A stretch of DNA of 64,000 nt, taken from positions 124,001 to 188,000 of the forward strand of contig NIVC01000421.1 of NCBI GenBank assembly GCA_002269645.1. The letters run 5' to 3'. The stretch's first letter is position 1. The number at the start of each line of letters is the position of its first letter. The stretch is from Macrostomum lignano (lineage: Eukaryota). The notes under the pieces are model-generated. The model saw only the letters and a program-made list of their open reading frames with translations. It did no database searches and was not told the DNA's origin. This document shows, piece by piece, positions 35,601-46,951 of the stretch. The translations under genes were made by a program, and so were the position numbers.

Positions 35601-37087
35601 GGCCGCTCTCGCCCTTCTGGACGGCATTCAGCTGTTCCATTGGCCAGACTGCATCAGCTGGGTGTACAGCTACAGCATCATGTGGCGCGTGTTCGACCGA
35701 GGTCTGTTCGCCATGATGCGGTCGCACCTGTACATACCGCTCGGTGGTAGCCGCCATGGCCCCGTCCGTCAAATGTTGGCCATCATGGCTACGTTTGCTT
35801 TCATCAGCTTGTTCCACGGCGACTCAACCAACGTGCGCGCCTGGGCAGCGTTGAATTTTTGTCAACTGCTAATTGAACGTTGTGCCGCTTTTGTCTACTA
35901 TAGTCACGCGAGAAGCATTGTGGTAAGTTCATTGCTCAGCTTTTTCAGAGCCAGAATCTAGTTCAAAGTCAGGGCCTTTTAGTACAACCCTGCGTGACGG
36001 TTTGCCTGCGTGCGTATCCGCGTGAGCCTGCTTCAATTCAGTCAGAGGCACAGACATGACTGCTTGTCTCTCTCGCTTGTAGTTGACATGGGTTGAGTGA
36101 ACATGTACCATGCATACTCAATATTTTATCACAGAAGCCTGCACTGTTATTAAATATTGTTTAACCCGTTTTCATCTTTCAGAAAAGGTACTTGAGCCCG
36201 CAAAACGAGAAGCGTTTAATTGGCTACATAATCGCTTGGAATATGATGGCCTCCTGCGGCATCATCTTCTTCTTTCTATCCGGCATGAACGGATTCATCA
36301 TATTTCCGGAGTTTCTGCTTCTAAGATCAAATAGTCGCCATAGTGAGTTCGATTTATTTATTTTGATCAAGTTTATTTGCATGTAAATATTGTCTTAATC
36401 AAGATTCGATGGTTAGTAGCTCTGGGTGTAAGGATTCAGGATCTGGCTGAATGAATCTTGGACCCATCGATAGGAAGGACCTTGAACGACGATGATGTTA
36501 GCGTACATCTATCTCTTCTAGTGGCTACAGAAATTTATACTCGTAGCTACACTATGTGTTTATGTATATATTGTAATACTATTTTGTGGTACTAATGGGG
36601 TCACCCGTACAGCAATCCGACACGTCTGGCCGATCAAACTACATCGACATATAACGACGTCATACGTCTACTGAATGTCGGTGCAATGTAAAAGTACATA
36701 TTTGTCATCGAACGCCGGATGTCGCCGACATCGGATTGCTGTACGGGTCGGTTTTCACACATTTTCACGACATTTCACATCGTCGAAGACGGTAAACTTC
36801 ACAAGCTCGAGTTTTCATACTTATAAGTTCGAAATTCATTGACAAAAGTGACTAGCAAAACTTTTGACAATATGAAAAATTTTGAACTTGGGAAGCTATA
36901 ATAAATGTATCACCAGAAGAAAAATCTTTCCCGCATCACAATTAAAACGTATCCATTTCGATTGGATTTTGCAGCACCCGTGTGGCACATGCTGACCATG
37001 CAGTTTGCCGCCTATTGTGCCGTTCAAATTGGCCGCTACTACGAGGCCAAATTAAAGCCGTCTCTGTGCAAGCATGTCAAGGAGTGA
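29651..37087 (+). CDS. HHAT: HHAT-like MBOAT acyltransferase, copy c, intact, 555 aa; exons 29651-29885, 34428-34474, 34575-34691, 34927-35922, 36183-36342, 36975-37087
   Basis: Exon sizes 47, 117 and 160 nt are identical to copies a and b, phases are conserved, and MWRVFDRGL and FHG are present. The spliced length is 1668 nt. Confidence 0.9.
30327..32529 (+). mobile_element. Solo LTR (2.2 kb) in HHAT-c intron 1
   Basis: TG...CA ends with a 10-bp inverted repeat TGATGTAACC / GGTTACATCA and a 4-bp TSD atga on both sides. An internal promoter cluster lies on the + strand, and no gag/pol is present. Confidence 0.8.
31175..31265 (+). promoter_or_regulatory. LTR U3 promoter cluster: AP-1 (TGACTCA 31175), CRE (TGACGTCA 31185), CCAAT (31205), TATAAAA (31259)
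   Basis: Motifs were read directly and fall in canonical order and spacing. Activity is not shown. Confidence 0.6.
33088..33785. mobile_element. 698-bp foldback MITE with about 260-bp near-perfect TIRs, hAT-type TSD
   Basis: CAAGGACGACTTAAGTAG...CTACTTAAGTCGTCCTTG with 8-bp TSD acataaag (33080-33087 and 33786-33793). Confidence 0.9.
34212..34370. repeat. 17-bp GC-rich tandem repeat (gcgccagcaccaagggg), about 9 copies
   Basis: Direct reading. Confidence 0.9.
36603..36748. mobile_element. 146-bp MITE in HHAT-c intron 5
   Basis: 18-bp TIR acccgtacagcaatccga / tcggattgctgtacgggt. Confidence 0.75.
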
Positions 37088-38019
37088 TGCAATTGTTTGA
37101 CGGTGTACTGTTTATTGTTCTTCTAGTTGAAACTAAAACAATTTAAAAACAAGTTCTCAAAAATTTATATGACATAATGTACTTTAAAATTGTTACAATT
37201 TATTTATTTATTCGTATTGGAACGGTTGTGTTATTCAAATATAAATTAACCCGATTGAATATCGAAATGATCGTTTTAGTCGTTGTTGACAGATTGCATG
37301 TACTGCATTTCTTCGACTGTTGTTCTTGTACACAATACATAAGTGCAGATGGCAATGATCAATAAGCATTTATTATAGGGCGATCCTTCGGTTTCCCGCT
37401 CTAAATTATTTTAACATTAGATATTATATATCACCTCTGTTGCGCTATTCAAACTCGTTTTATAATATAATATCTAAGAAGAAGAAGAAGAAGTAGCGGT
37501 AGCACTCAGACTTAACACAGTTGATACAATGGCGATACGATGGCGATTATTTATTATGGTTAAATAGGCTCGCTCGCTATAGATTCCAGTCGGCAATAAT
37601 TAAAGAGTGGGACTGGGCCTGATTGGAAGCTGAATCGGTAACTATTGGTACTTTGGGCACTGCGGCGGGCACCAATAATGGTGATGGATAGCTGAATAGG
37701 CTACGGCGATGGAGTGGCGATGATATGATGGCAATGAGATAGGATAGAGGCAGCACTCTCTCTGGCGAGGAACTTAGCAGTGGCGTGGCTTGAACTTGGC
37801 GGAGTGAACTTGGCAGAGGCGGGGAGAGAGAGAGCGCGGGCCGGAAAACAAGCCTAACCCCGGGTGCCCCAGCCAGACAGGACTGATAACGAGCAGGCTG
37901 GGGGTGGGCGCACAAGGAAAGCTTAATTTTAGGCTAGCATAAAACATGCGCGGCACTGCTTTCGCTAAAACGGCCCTTGTCGGGGCCACCATAACTGACA
38001 ACGTCACAGCGGGTCCATG

Positions 38020-38348
38020 AGAATTGCCCGCAGACAAATTGCCCACCGCAGTGCATTTTGCCCGTGAGCGAATTGCCCGTGGAGATTTGCCCGCCGAGAT
38101 TTGCCCGCAGTGCGATTTGCCCGCGAGCGAATTGCCCGTCGAGTTTTTTCCCGCCGAGTTTTGCCCGCAATGCTTTTTTCCTGCAGCGCATTCAGCCACG
38201 CGGCAGATTAATTTGTCTGCATTGCCTTCCCAATGCTTAGTAAGTCTTAATAAAGAGATTTACACGATTAAAACGTTTTGATAGTTACTCATATCAAATT
38301 CATATTTTAGGGGGGGGGGGGAGGCAATGCAGACAAAATCTGCCGCGT
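38020..38348. repeat. aattgcccg repeat array followed by an inverted pair (cgcggcagat..ttgtctgcattgcc / ggcaatgcagacaaaatctgccgcg)
   Basis: Direct reading; probably MITE remnants. Confidence 0.55.
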
Positions 38349-40459
38349 ATCTATAAATTACAAGGACTACTTAAGTTGTCCTTGAGTGCGTACACATTGT
38401 GGCTAATAGTTTTTATACAAAAAAATTCGAGAACCGAAGAGAACCGATCGAAAAAAAAGGTGGAGTACATTTGAATCAGCTGGACAATTTTTGGGGGAAA
38501 ACTTTGCAGGCTGCTTTTACTGAGAAAATATCAATAATTAACCAATGCCGGAGAGTAAACTCAAAGTTAGTGTTCGCATTCTCAGGTACTAAATTTTTAA
38601 AACAATGAACAGAAGTTTTTAACTTAAGCTGTATTTCTATACGAAATATTTTAAAGTAGGTTTTTGTTAAGTTATGCACAATTGCAATCGTTTTTGACTT
38701 TATATTTTTCGTAGAACTGATTAAGACTTCTGCTTACTGCTAGTACAGCTGCAACTGCTACTGCTGCAACTGCATACTACACTTGAGAAGTCAAATATAT
38801 TTATACTGTCAATCATCTTCCTGGTCTTGGTTAACAAGTAACTGTCAGTTCGTTGAAATCCATGAGCTATACTAAAAAAATAATAATGCAAAAGGTCCTA
38901 TAGGCTATGCTATCATTGCTATGTTCTTCAGCACGACAGCACTGACTGACTGTTTTTTATTAATTAGGGACGTTGGACATGCACTGACGTCTACGACTCT
39001 ACTGTAGTTTAATCGTTAAAGCTATTTTGATAGTTTGAATACTTAATCTCTATTCAAGACAATAGGCTTCAAGGCAACTCAAGTCAAAGTGTTTAAAATA
39101 ATTTGATTATGATTGCACTATAGATAGTATTGCTATTACAACTCATAGCAGCCTTAGTTTAGCTTAGTTATTCTAAGTGATGGATATATCATGTAATAAA
39201 ATCTTAACATTTAACAAAATCATTCAACACCACAAATGTTTCTTATTTATAGGCCCCTAGAGATGCTATATTTGATTCTATATTAAATGATTTGTTTTTT
39301 TATTAGACCCTATACCTACAGTCCATAGTTCAGAACATTCTGAATGTACACCAGACTAAAATCTCCCACAATTTTTTTGGTATACCAGTGTGTACCAAAT
39401 TTTTTCCAACCCAAAGTTGTAATCCTAGAAAAAACAAGCCTTGTTACGAGCCTTGCTTCTAGTGTTGCAGTGCACCAAATGACTTTTTGCTCCTTTGTTT
39501 CACTTTAGATTTTTGCTGATACTCTACAGCGGGAAGTCAATACATGCCAAGATTTCTTTCATTCTTTTAAAATAATTACCTTCTATTTAAATTTACTTTT
39601 ATTTCACAATTTGATTCTGCAACTGCAGGAACATATATACCACTTTTTGACTATCCATTTTTATATGCCAGATTTCAAAAAGTAAAAAAATGTATAATAA
39701 GTTTAATGCTAAAAGTCGTGAGTATATGCCAGATTAATCTGATGTACTACCCCTCTTTTGGACTAGGCCTATGGCCTATAGTTTGGAAGGTGACATGTAT
39801 GCCAGGATTTCCCAGCATATAACAAGGGTCTTACCATTTTTTAGCATATATCAGGGACAGGATATATCTTGGCATACATGACACAATAGATAAATTAGTC
39901 TGGCTAGGCTAGCAACATAGTGATTAACATTGATAGTGGTCTTTTCCTCCAGAAAATCAATAGTCAGTGGACCACAATGGTCAAAAAAGAGAGTCAACAT
40001 GACTTTCTTTGAATTCTAGTCTCACCAAGCCTTCACAGGGGCAGGTGACCCTTTCTTTGTCTAAACCCAGCTTTCTTCTTTTGTCTTAGGATCAAAAAAT
40101 GGAATCTAGGTCTTATTACCAGAAATCATCAGCTTACTAAAGTTGTTCTAGCCACCTTGCCTCTGAATGAGCTCAATGTTGGACTTGGCAATGCTCAGTC
40201 ATTATGCCCTGAGCTCCGGTGTGAGGAGGTGGGGAACCCAATAGGCTGAGATCTTTGAAAGACCCAGATTGTTGACAATTATTTGATGGATAGTCAACTT
40301 GGCAATATCCAATTGATCAAAGATCTCTCAAATAGTCAAGTGGGCATCTGAGTCTAGCAGGGCCTCAATCCATTGATGGGATATCTTGCTACCCAACGTG
40401 CAGGGATGGCCAGAGCGTGGCTGATCATTCACAGCAGACTGGCCATCTCTAAAGCATTT

Positions 40460-41060
40460 TTGATCTCTACCTATAAAAGTCAAAACTCTGTCTGTGTGTG
40501 GACAATTTTGATCGCTATGGACTCCCAAACCGCTCAACCAAATGACACCAAATTTTACACCCACCCTAAACTCACTACGGAGAATGTCTTAGGCTACCTT
40601 TAAATTTCCTAAATTTGAGTCTTCCTACCTAAAAGTGCAAAAAACTGCTCAAAATGCGCGATTTTTTCACTAAAGCCTCCATAGCGCCGCTCCGCTTCTA
40701 CCGATCCTCTTCAATTTTGACACAATCAATTTTCAACTATTTTGACACAATCGTGTAAAATTTCGAGTCTCAAAGTTAATCCTGAACGGCGCTGTGCACT
40801 TTTAAAGTTTGGCTGTTTTTTTCAGCGAGACAGCCACCCCAACCTCCGCCCGCCTGCCTCTTTCCCGATCTGGGCAAAGGGTGTAAATGGGTTTTAAAAT
40901 GACTAACTTTCGGCTGCCATAAGTTTGCTCCATGTGAAGCGATTGACTTCTAACTTAACACAATTCTTCTTTGATTCATTCTCTGTCTAAATGTAAAGTT
41001 TCAACTCTCTAACTCAATCAGAACAGAAACTGTAAGCATGTGAAGTTTGTCTGCTTTTTC
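40460..41060 (+). mobile_element. Helitron/DINE-1-like non-autonomous repeat segments
   Basis: The pattern ctataaaag...ctgtctgtgtgt...aaaccgctcaaccaaatgacaccaaatttt and aaagtttcaactctctaactc resembles recalled invertebrate helitron-derived elements. Family assignment is inference. Confidence 0.4.
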
Positions 41061-42303
41061 TGTTGTTTGTGCCACTCACTCACTCATTCCCCCAGAGCCA
41101 GACGAAGGGTGAGGCGATAGGACTGAATGTACATAGCAAATGTACAGTGTTTTGGAATAACTTTTTAATAGCCTTCTCTGTACCCGCGACTGCGATTAGA
41201 GGCGTGGAGAGGAGAGACAGTTTAGCGAGAGATTCAAACCACTGTCCTCTGTATAGACAAGTCTGCAGCAGTTTAACTGTGGATGGCAAATCAAGAGTCA
41301 AGACAATGGTGGGATGGTTTGTAAAAATAGCGAAAAATAAATGAATAACAACTGATTACAATGCAATTCTACTAAATCAGTTAGTTACAGCATGAAGCTT
41401 TCAACATTAAAATTCGCATAAGGTAACTTTAAAATTTAAATGGCTCCTAAGAAATGCGTATTTCCCTTGGTTGTTAGACTGCTGCAGAGTGCAGACTTTG
41501 GTGGTGGAGCTGGAGATACACAAATTTCTCTCAAGGGCTGCTAATTGGCCAGAAAGATGACGTGATTAAAGGATAAGAAATGATAACAGCCATGCGAGTA
41601 CTACGTCCCACAATTCCACAAACTGGCTTTTGAAGCAGGGATTGGCAGATTTTTACTCAAAGGCCAGATAAAGAATCCAGCCCATGGCTGCGCCTGCGGG
41701 CCAGATGAGAGTGAAAAGGAAAAGGAATAGACTATTAGATAGAAAGAGAGTAGGGGCGAGAGGGGGCGAAGAGAAACGATAGAAGATAACGCGAGAGACG
41801 AGGGGGTTAAGGAGAGCCTGCAGAGAATATGAGCAGGAGAGGCAGCCACCCCAACCTCCGCCTCTCTCTCCCTTATCTGGCGAGATGTGGAAAAGGTTTT
41901 AAAATAGACTAACTTTCGGCTGTCATAAGTTTGCTCCACATGAAGCGATTGAATTCAAACTTGACACAATTCTTCATTGACTCATTCTCTATCTAAATGT
42001 TAAGTTTCAACTCTGTATCCTAATTAGGACAGAAACTATAAGCATGTGAAGTTTGTCTGCTTTTTCTGTTGTTTGCCGCTCATCCAACTCATTCCCCAGA
42101 CGAAGGATCAGGCGATAGGGCTCAATGTACATAGCGAATGTACAGTGTTTTGGAATAACTTTTTAATAGCCTTCTCTGCACCCCCGCGAGTGGAGAGGCG
42201 TGGAGAGGAGAGAGTTTAGCGAGAGATTCAATTTCAAACTACTGTCCTCTGTATAGACAAGTCGCAGCAGTTAAACAAGGATGGCAAATCAAGGCGATGT
42301 GGG

Positions 42304-43225
42304 TAGGGATTCCAATCCCGGGATCCCGGGATCCCGGGATCCCGGGATTGGGGCCAAAAATCCGGGATTTGAATCCCGGGATTTTTTTGGGAATCGAATC
42401 CCGGGATTTTTAATCCCGGGATTGCAAAAGTCCGGGATCGGGATCCCGGGATTTCAAGGCCTTAATCCCGGGATTGGTCCGGGATTAGAACAACCTTTCA
42501 ATGCCTAAATTAGATAATTTAAAGTCTAAACGTTTATTTGAATAATAAAACATTTATTTGTTTTTGCTGTTTCTCAATGAAACGCTAAACATTTGCAAAG
42601 CTCCTGTCCTAATTGATCTAAAAATTGTTAATGTGAACTGTAAATGATAGATAATTTTAACTTTTTTCGTTTTCCACCACGAGACGAGACTGAGGGCCTT
42701 TTCATAGTGCTTGTTCTGGTTCCAGAAGCAGAACCAATTTGTGAAGTATAACTTTTTGTCTCCATAACTATAGGGAGATACGTGCTATAAAGTTTTTATT
42801 ATTGAATGACAGTCGCCAAAAAGAAAGTGAAAAATCGTGCAAAGTGAGGCTGTTAAGGCAGTCAAATATTAACAGAGTTTAATAGTTATACTGCTGTTTT
42901 TCTTGGAATTCCGAACCGATTCTGGTTCTGGAATTGGTAACATGAAAAGGCCCTGAGACTCTGAGAGTCGCGAGACCATGACTACTGCACGCGGCACGCC
43001 GCACAGTCCTTCTTAGGATTCCAATCCCGGGATCCCGGGATTGGGGCCAAAAATCCGGGATTTGAATCCCGGGATTTTTTTTGGAATCGAATCCCGGGAT
43101 TTTTAATCCCGGGATTGCAAAAGCACCGGGATTCCGGGATTTTGAATCCCGGGATTTCAACAGCATCGGGATTTCGGGACTATTCAATCCCGGGATTGTA
43201 AAATGTCGGGATTTTGGAATCCCTA
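42304..43225. mobile_element. Non-autonomous hAT-type transposon (922 bp) with atcccggg subterminal arrays
   Basis: 12-bp TIR TAGGGATTCCAA / TTGGAATCCCTA and 8-bp TSD gatgtggg (42296-42303 and 43226-43233). Homology to the uninterrupted first copy resumes after the insert. Confidence 0.92.
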
Positions 43226-43524
43226 GATGTGGGATGGTTTGTAAAAATAGCGAAAAATTAATGAATAACTGATTACAATGCAATCCTACTAAATTAGTTA
43301 CACCATCAAAATTTTAACATTAAGATTCGCATAAGATAACTTTAAAATTTAAATGGCCTCCTAAGAAATGCGTATTTCCTTGGTTGTTAGACTGCTGCAG
43401 ACTGTGGTGGTGGAGCTGGAGAATGGAGATACACAAATTCCTCTCAGGGCTGCTAATTGGCCAGAAAGATGACGTGATTAAAGCATGAGAAATTATAACA
43501 ACCATGATAGTACTACGTCCCACG

Positions 43525-43670
43525 AGGGCCGGATTTCTATTGCGAAGTTTCAAAGGACCCGAGGGCCGGATTGCTATTGCGAAGTTTCAAAGGACCCGAG
43601 GGCCGGATTGCTATTGCGAAGTTTCAAAGGACCCGAGGGCCGGATTGCTATTGCGAAGTTTCAAAGGTCC
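43525..43670. repeat. 37-bp tandem repeat, about 4 copies (gagggccggattgctattgcgaagtttcaaaggaccc)
   Basis: Direct reading. Confidence 0.9.
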
Positions 43671-43779
43671 CCATGATAGTACTTTCGAAGCAGGGATTGG
43701 CAGATTTTTATCTCAAAGGCCAGATAAAGAATCCAGCTCATGGCTGCGGGCCAGATGAGAGTGAAAAGGAAAAGTGGTG

Positions 43780-44471
43780 AGGAGAGAGCAGAGAAGAAGG
43801 GAGGAAGAAGCGAGAGGAGGGGAGAAAGGAAGGAGAGGAAAGAGTAAAGGTGAGAAGAGGGGAGAGATGAGACAGAGGATCGATGAGAGAGGAGAGTAGA
43901 GAAGATTGAGAAGAGAGTAGAGATGAGAGAGCAGAAAGAAGATGACAGAGGGTCAAGAGGAGAGGAGAGAGTAGAAAGGATAGAGAAGAGAGGAGATAAG
44001 AGGGGGAGAGAGAAGTGAGAAGAGAAGAGATAGAGATAAGAGAGTGGTGAAAGAAGAGGGGAGAAAGGAGAGATGAGAGAGTAAAGGGAGGAGGAGGAGA
44101 GAGGAAAGAGATGAGATTGTAGAGATGAGACAGGTGAAAAAGGTGAGAGGAGAGTGCAGAGAGACGAGAGAAGATAATAGACGAGAGAGAGTATAGAAGA
44201 GGGAAGAGAAAAGAAGAAAGGAGTAAGGAAAGAGAGGAGTCAGAAGAGGTGAAAGAGAAGAGTACAGAGAAGATAAGTGAGAGAACGTATAAGAGAGTAA
44301 AAGATGACAGATAAGAGAGCAGATGAACAGACGAGAGATGGGAGAGTAGAGAGAACAGAGGAGAGATAAGAGAGAAGATATTACAGAGACTAGAGGAGAG
44401 AGGAGAGACAGGGAGAGAGAAGAAGAAATAGGAGAATGAAGAGGGGAGAGAGTAGAGAGAAGAGAGATGGG

Positions 44472-44522
<51 letters not shown>

Positions 44523-44960
44523 GAGAGAGAGAGAAATAGAGAGAGAAAGAGAGAGAGAGAGAAAGCGCAGAGCAGAGAGAAACGAGAAGAGATAAGAGAG
44601 AAAAGATAAAAGAAGAGAAAGGAGAGATGAAAGAGCGGACGAGAGAGAAGAGAGGTGAGGGAAGAGACGAGCGACGAGGGGAGAGAGGAGAAAGAGAGGA
44701 AAGAGTAGAGAGGAGAGATGAGAGAGTAGAGGAGAGAGTTAAGAGAAGAGAGAAAAGAATAGAGAGGACAAGGAAGAGACGAGAGAAGAGGGGGAGAGAG
44801 GAGAGAGGAGAGGAGAGAGAAAAGAAGAGGGAAGAGATGAGACAAGGGAGATGAAAGAGAAGAGAGATGAGGGAAGATACGAGAGAAGAGAGGAGAGACG
44901 AGAGACGAGAGACGAGGGATGAGAGAGAAGAAAGGAAACAGAGAGACGATAGAAATTTTA
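43780..44960 (+). repeat. About 1.2-kb GA-rich polypurine tract
   Basis: Overwhelmingly A/G on the + strand, with pure (GA)n near 44480-44560. Confidence 0.95.
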
Positions 44961-46951
44961 AAGGATCCAAGGGACATAGGGAGAGTCAGGGAGAGGCCAG
45001 AGTTTGCCAATACATGTTTTAGAGTCAGACAGACATTGCCTGGCATTCTGTGGAGTACCCCAGCAAACAATATCAATGTTTGCCTCAAACCCTAATTTTA
45101 CACAAATGTGCTCCATTTTATGTCTACCTCTATCCTACTAACATTAATTTGTTTGTGTATGGCCTTAGATTTCAGAATACATGCAAAAGTAGTTCCGGGG
45201 ATTGGAATTCCCCGGGTTCAAAATCCACGGGTTTCAACAGCTTGTCTATCTATAAATGGCAGTTTTTTCAGGCTGTTCTCACTGTGGATGGAGAATAAGT
45301 GGTCAGAAATCTTGGTTCCACTCCATCCTACTGACCAAAGGGTAAAAACTTTACTTCACTGACTTTCAAGGCTCTGAAGAGAACTCATTTTTGCAAAGAA
45401 ATTTCAAGTTGAAAGCAAATGCTTAGTATGAATTATTTGCACTTGCGCAAAAGCTCAGATTAGCTTTATGAGCATTTCTACTTTTTCCATAGACACTACC
45501 ACATCTTTCTGACATTTAGTAGCACAAATTCAAAATGAAAATATCCAAAAATGGAGATTCCAAATTATTTTCATTGATATGTGCGGTTGTGTAACACTAT
45601 CCCTGACCTTCGCGTATGTTTCTTGCTGCAGCTCCTAAATAAAAAAGATATCAACATGATTTTAACTTTGTTTTCTTTGGGACAAAATTTCCTTTCATTT
45701 GGCACCATGGGCATGGAATTTCATGGCTCCATTGAAGAGCTATGTTAGACATTCTAGGAACTTTTAGGACACCCCTCATATTTTGATAAACAAGTTGATG
45801 CTAGACAAAGGGACTAGAACCCTATAAAACTAATATGGTAGACCTAAAAAACTAGACCAAAAGGCCCAATTAGACTAGATATAGACATAGGCCCTTAGGC
45901 TTAGGGTTATTATATTTAAAAGTCATAATTGGTAAATTTATTAACTTTCTTTTTGGCTTATTATCTAGGCCTAGTCTAGCTTTTAGATAAATTTACTAAG
46001 TGTTAAATTCATTTAGGCCTATAGTTGTATTAAAACCTAATTATAAAATATGTGGTTATTACAAGCATATCTATTTAAAGTATTTATTTGATCAGCTTAA
46101 ATTAAACAAAAGTTGATTAATTTTAATGGCTTCTAAACAAACTAAAAGTTAAGTTCTATTTATAAAAAACCTTTAAAATTGTTAGCATTCATTCATTTTC
46201 ACTGCTATGCCTTATTATTAGTGAAATCAGTGGTTCTAATAGGCATAGCCTTGTCTTTTATGTTTTTTATTTCTAAATTAATAAATGGCCAATGATATTA
46301 TTAGAAATTGCAACTAAATATAAAAGTATATATTCCCATAGTCATGTCCATATCTAGATACTTTTTGCCTATAAACCTATATCTTAAACTTCCAACAATA
46401 AGCCCTATAGTTGTATTTATTGCTAAATTGAAATCTTGGCTTGTGTCTGCCTTAAGGCAGAATTACATATAAAGGCTTAATATAAGTACATATTTGTATA
46501 TCTAAATATTTGCAAAACAAACAAATTGGCTTTTTCTAAGTTTTGATTTATACTAAGTTTTAGTTTTTTAATCTTGCTAGACTCTTTGCAAAAATATCTG
46601 CAAATTGGCTGCAATATGGATTTGAGGGCCTGCTTAAGGGAGTTATAGAATAGCCAATATTGCTTGTTGCCAATTCTATAATAATTGGAATATCTTATAT
46701 ATCTATTAAATACTTCTCTGACAATATTCCTCAATTATAATTAGACAATTTGATCATGCTTAAAATAGAAAACTAAAATTATATGCACAGTGTACTTTTT
46801 CATTAATTGAATTCCATTGTTACATTAGTCCACTTACTTACTTTATTCTGACACTTGAGAAAAGTCAGTTTCCAAGACACATTAAAGGCAAGACATAAGA
46901 CACACCAAAAGACATTTCCTTGCTTCCAGTGACGCAGTTCAAGCATTCGTC

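Larger units (their letters stand above)
40831..43790 (+). repeat. Tandem duplication of an about 1-kb unit (copy 1 ~40831-41840; copy 2 ~41843-43790, interrupted by a hAT insertion and a 37-bp tandem repeat)
   Basis: Shared blocks occur in the same order: cagccaccccaacctccgcc, gactaactttcggctg, gtgggatggtttgtaaaaatagcg, gcagggattggcagatttt and gggccagatgagagtgaaaagg. Confidence 0.85.

Noticed and set aside
16784-37087. C-terminal Lys clusters of HHAT copies as ER-retrieval signals
   Set aside because: The Lys positions do not fit KKxx or KxKxx in any of the three copies.
43738-45088. 410-aa and 232-aa Ser/Leu-rich ORFs that look multi-TM
   Set aside because: They are the reverse complement of the GA polypurine tract, which cannot contain stops by composition.
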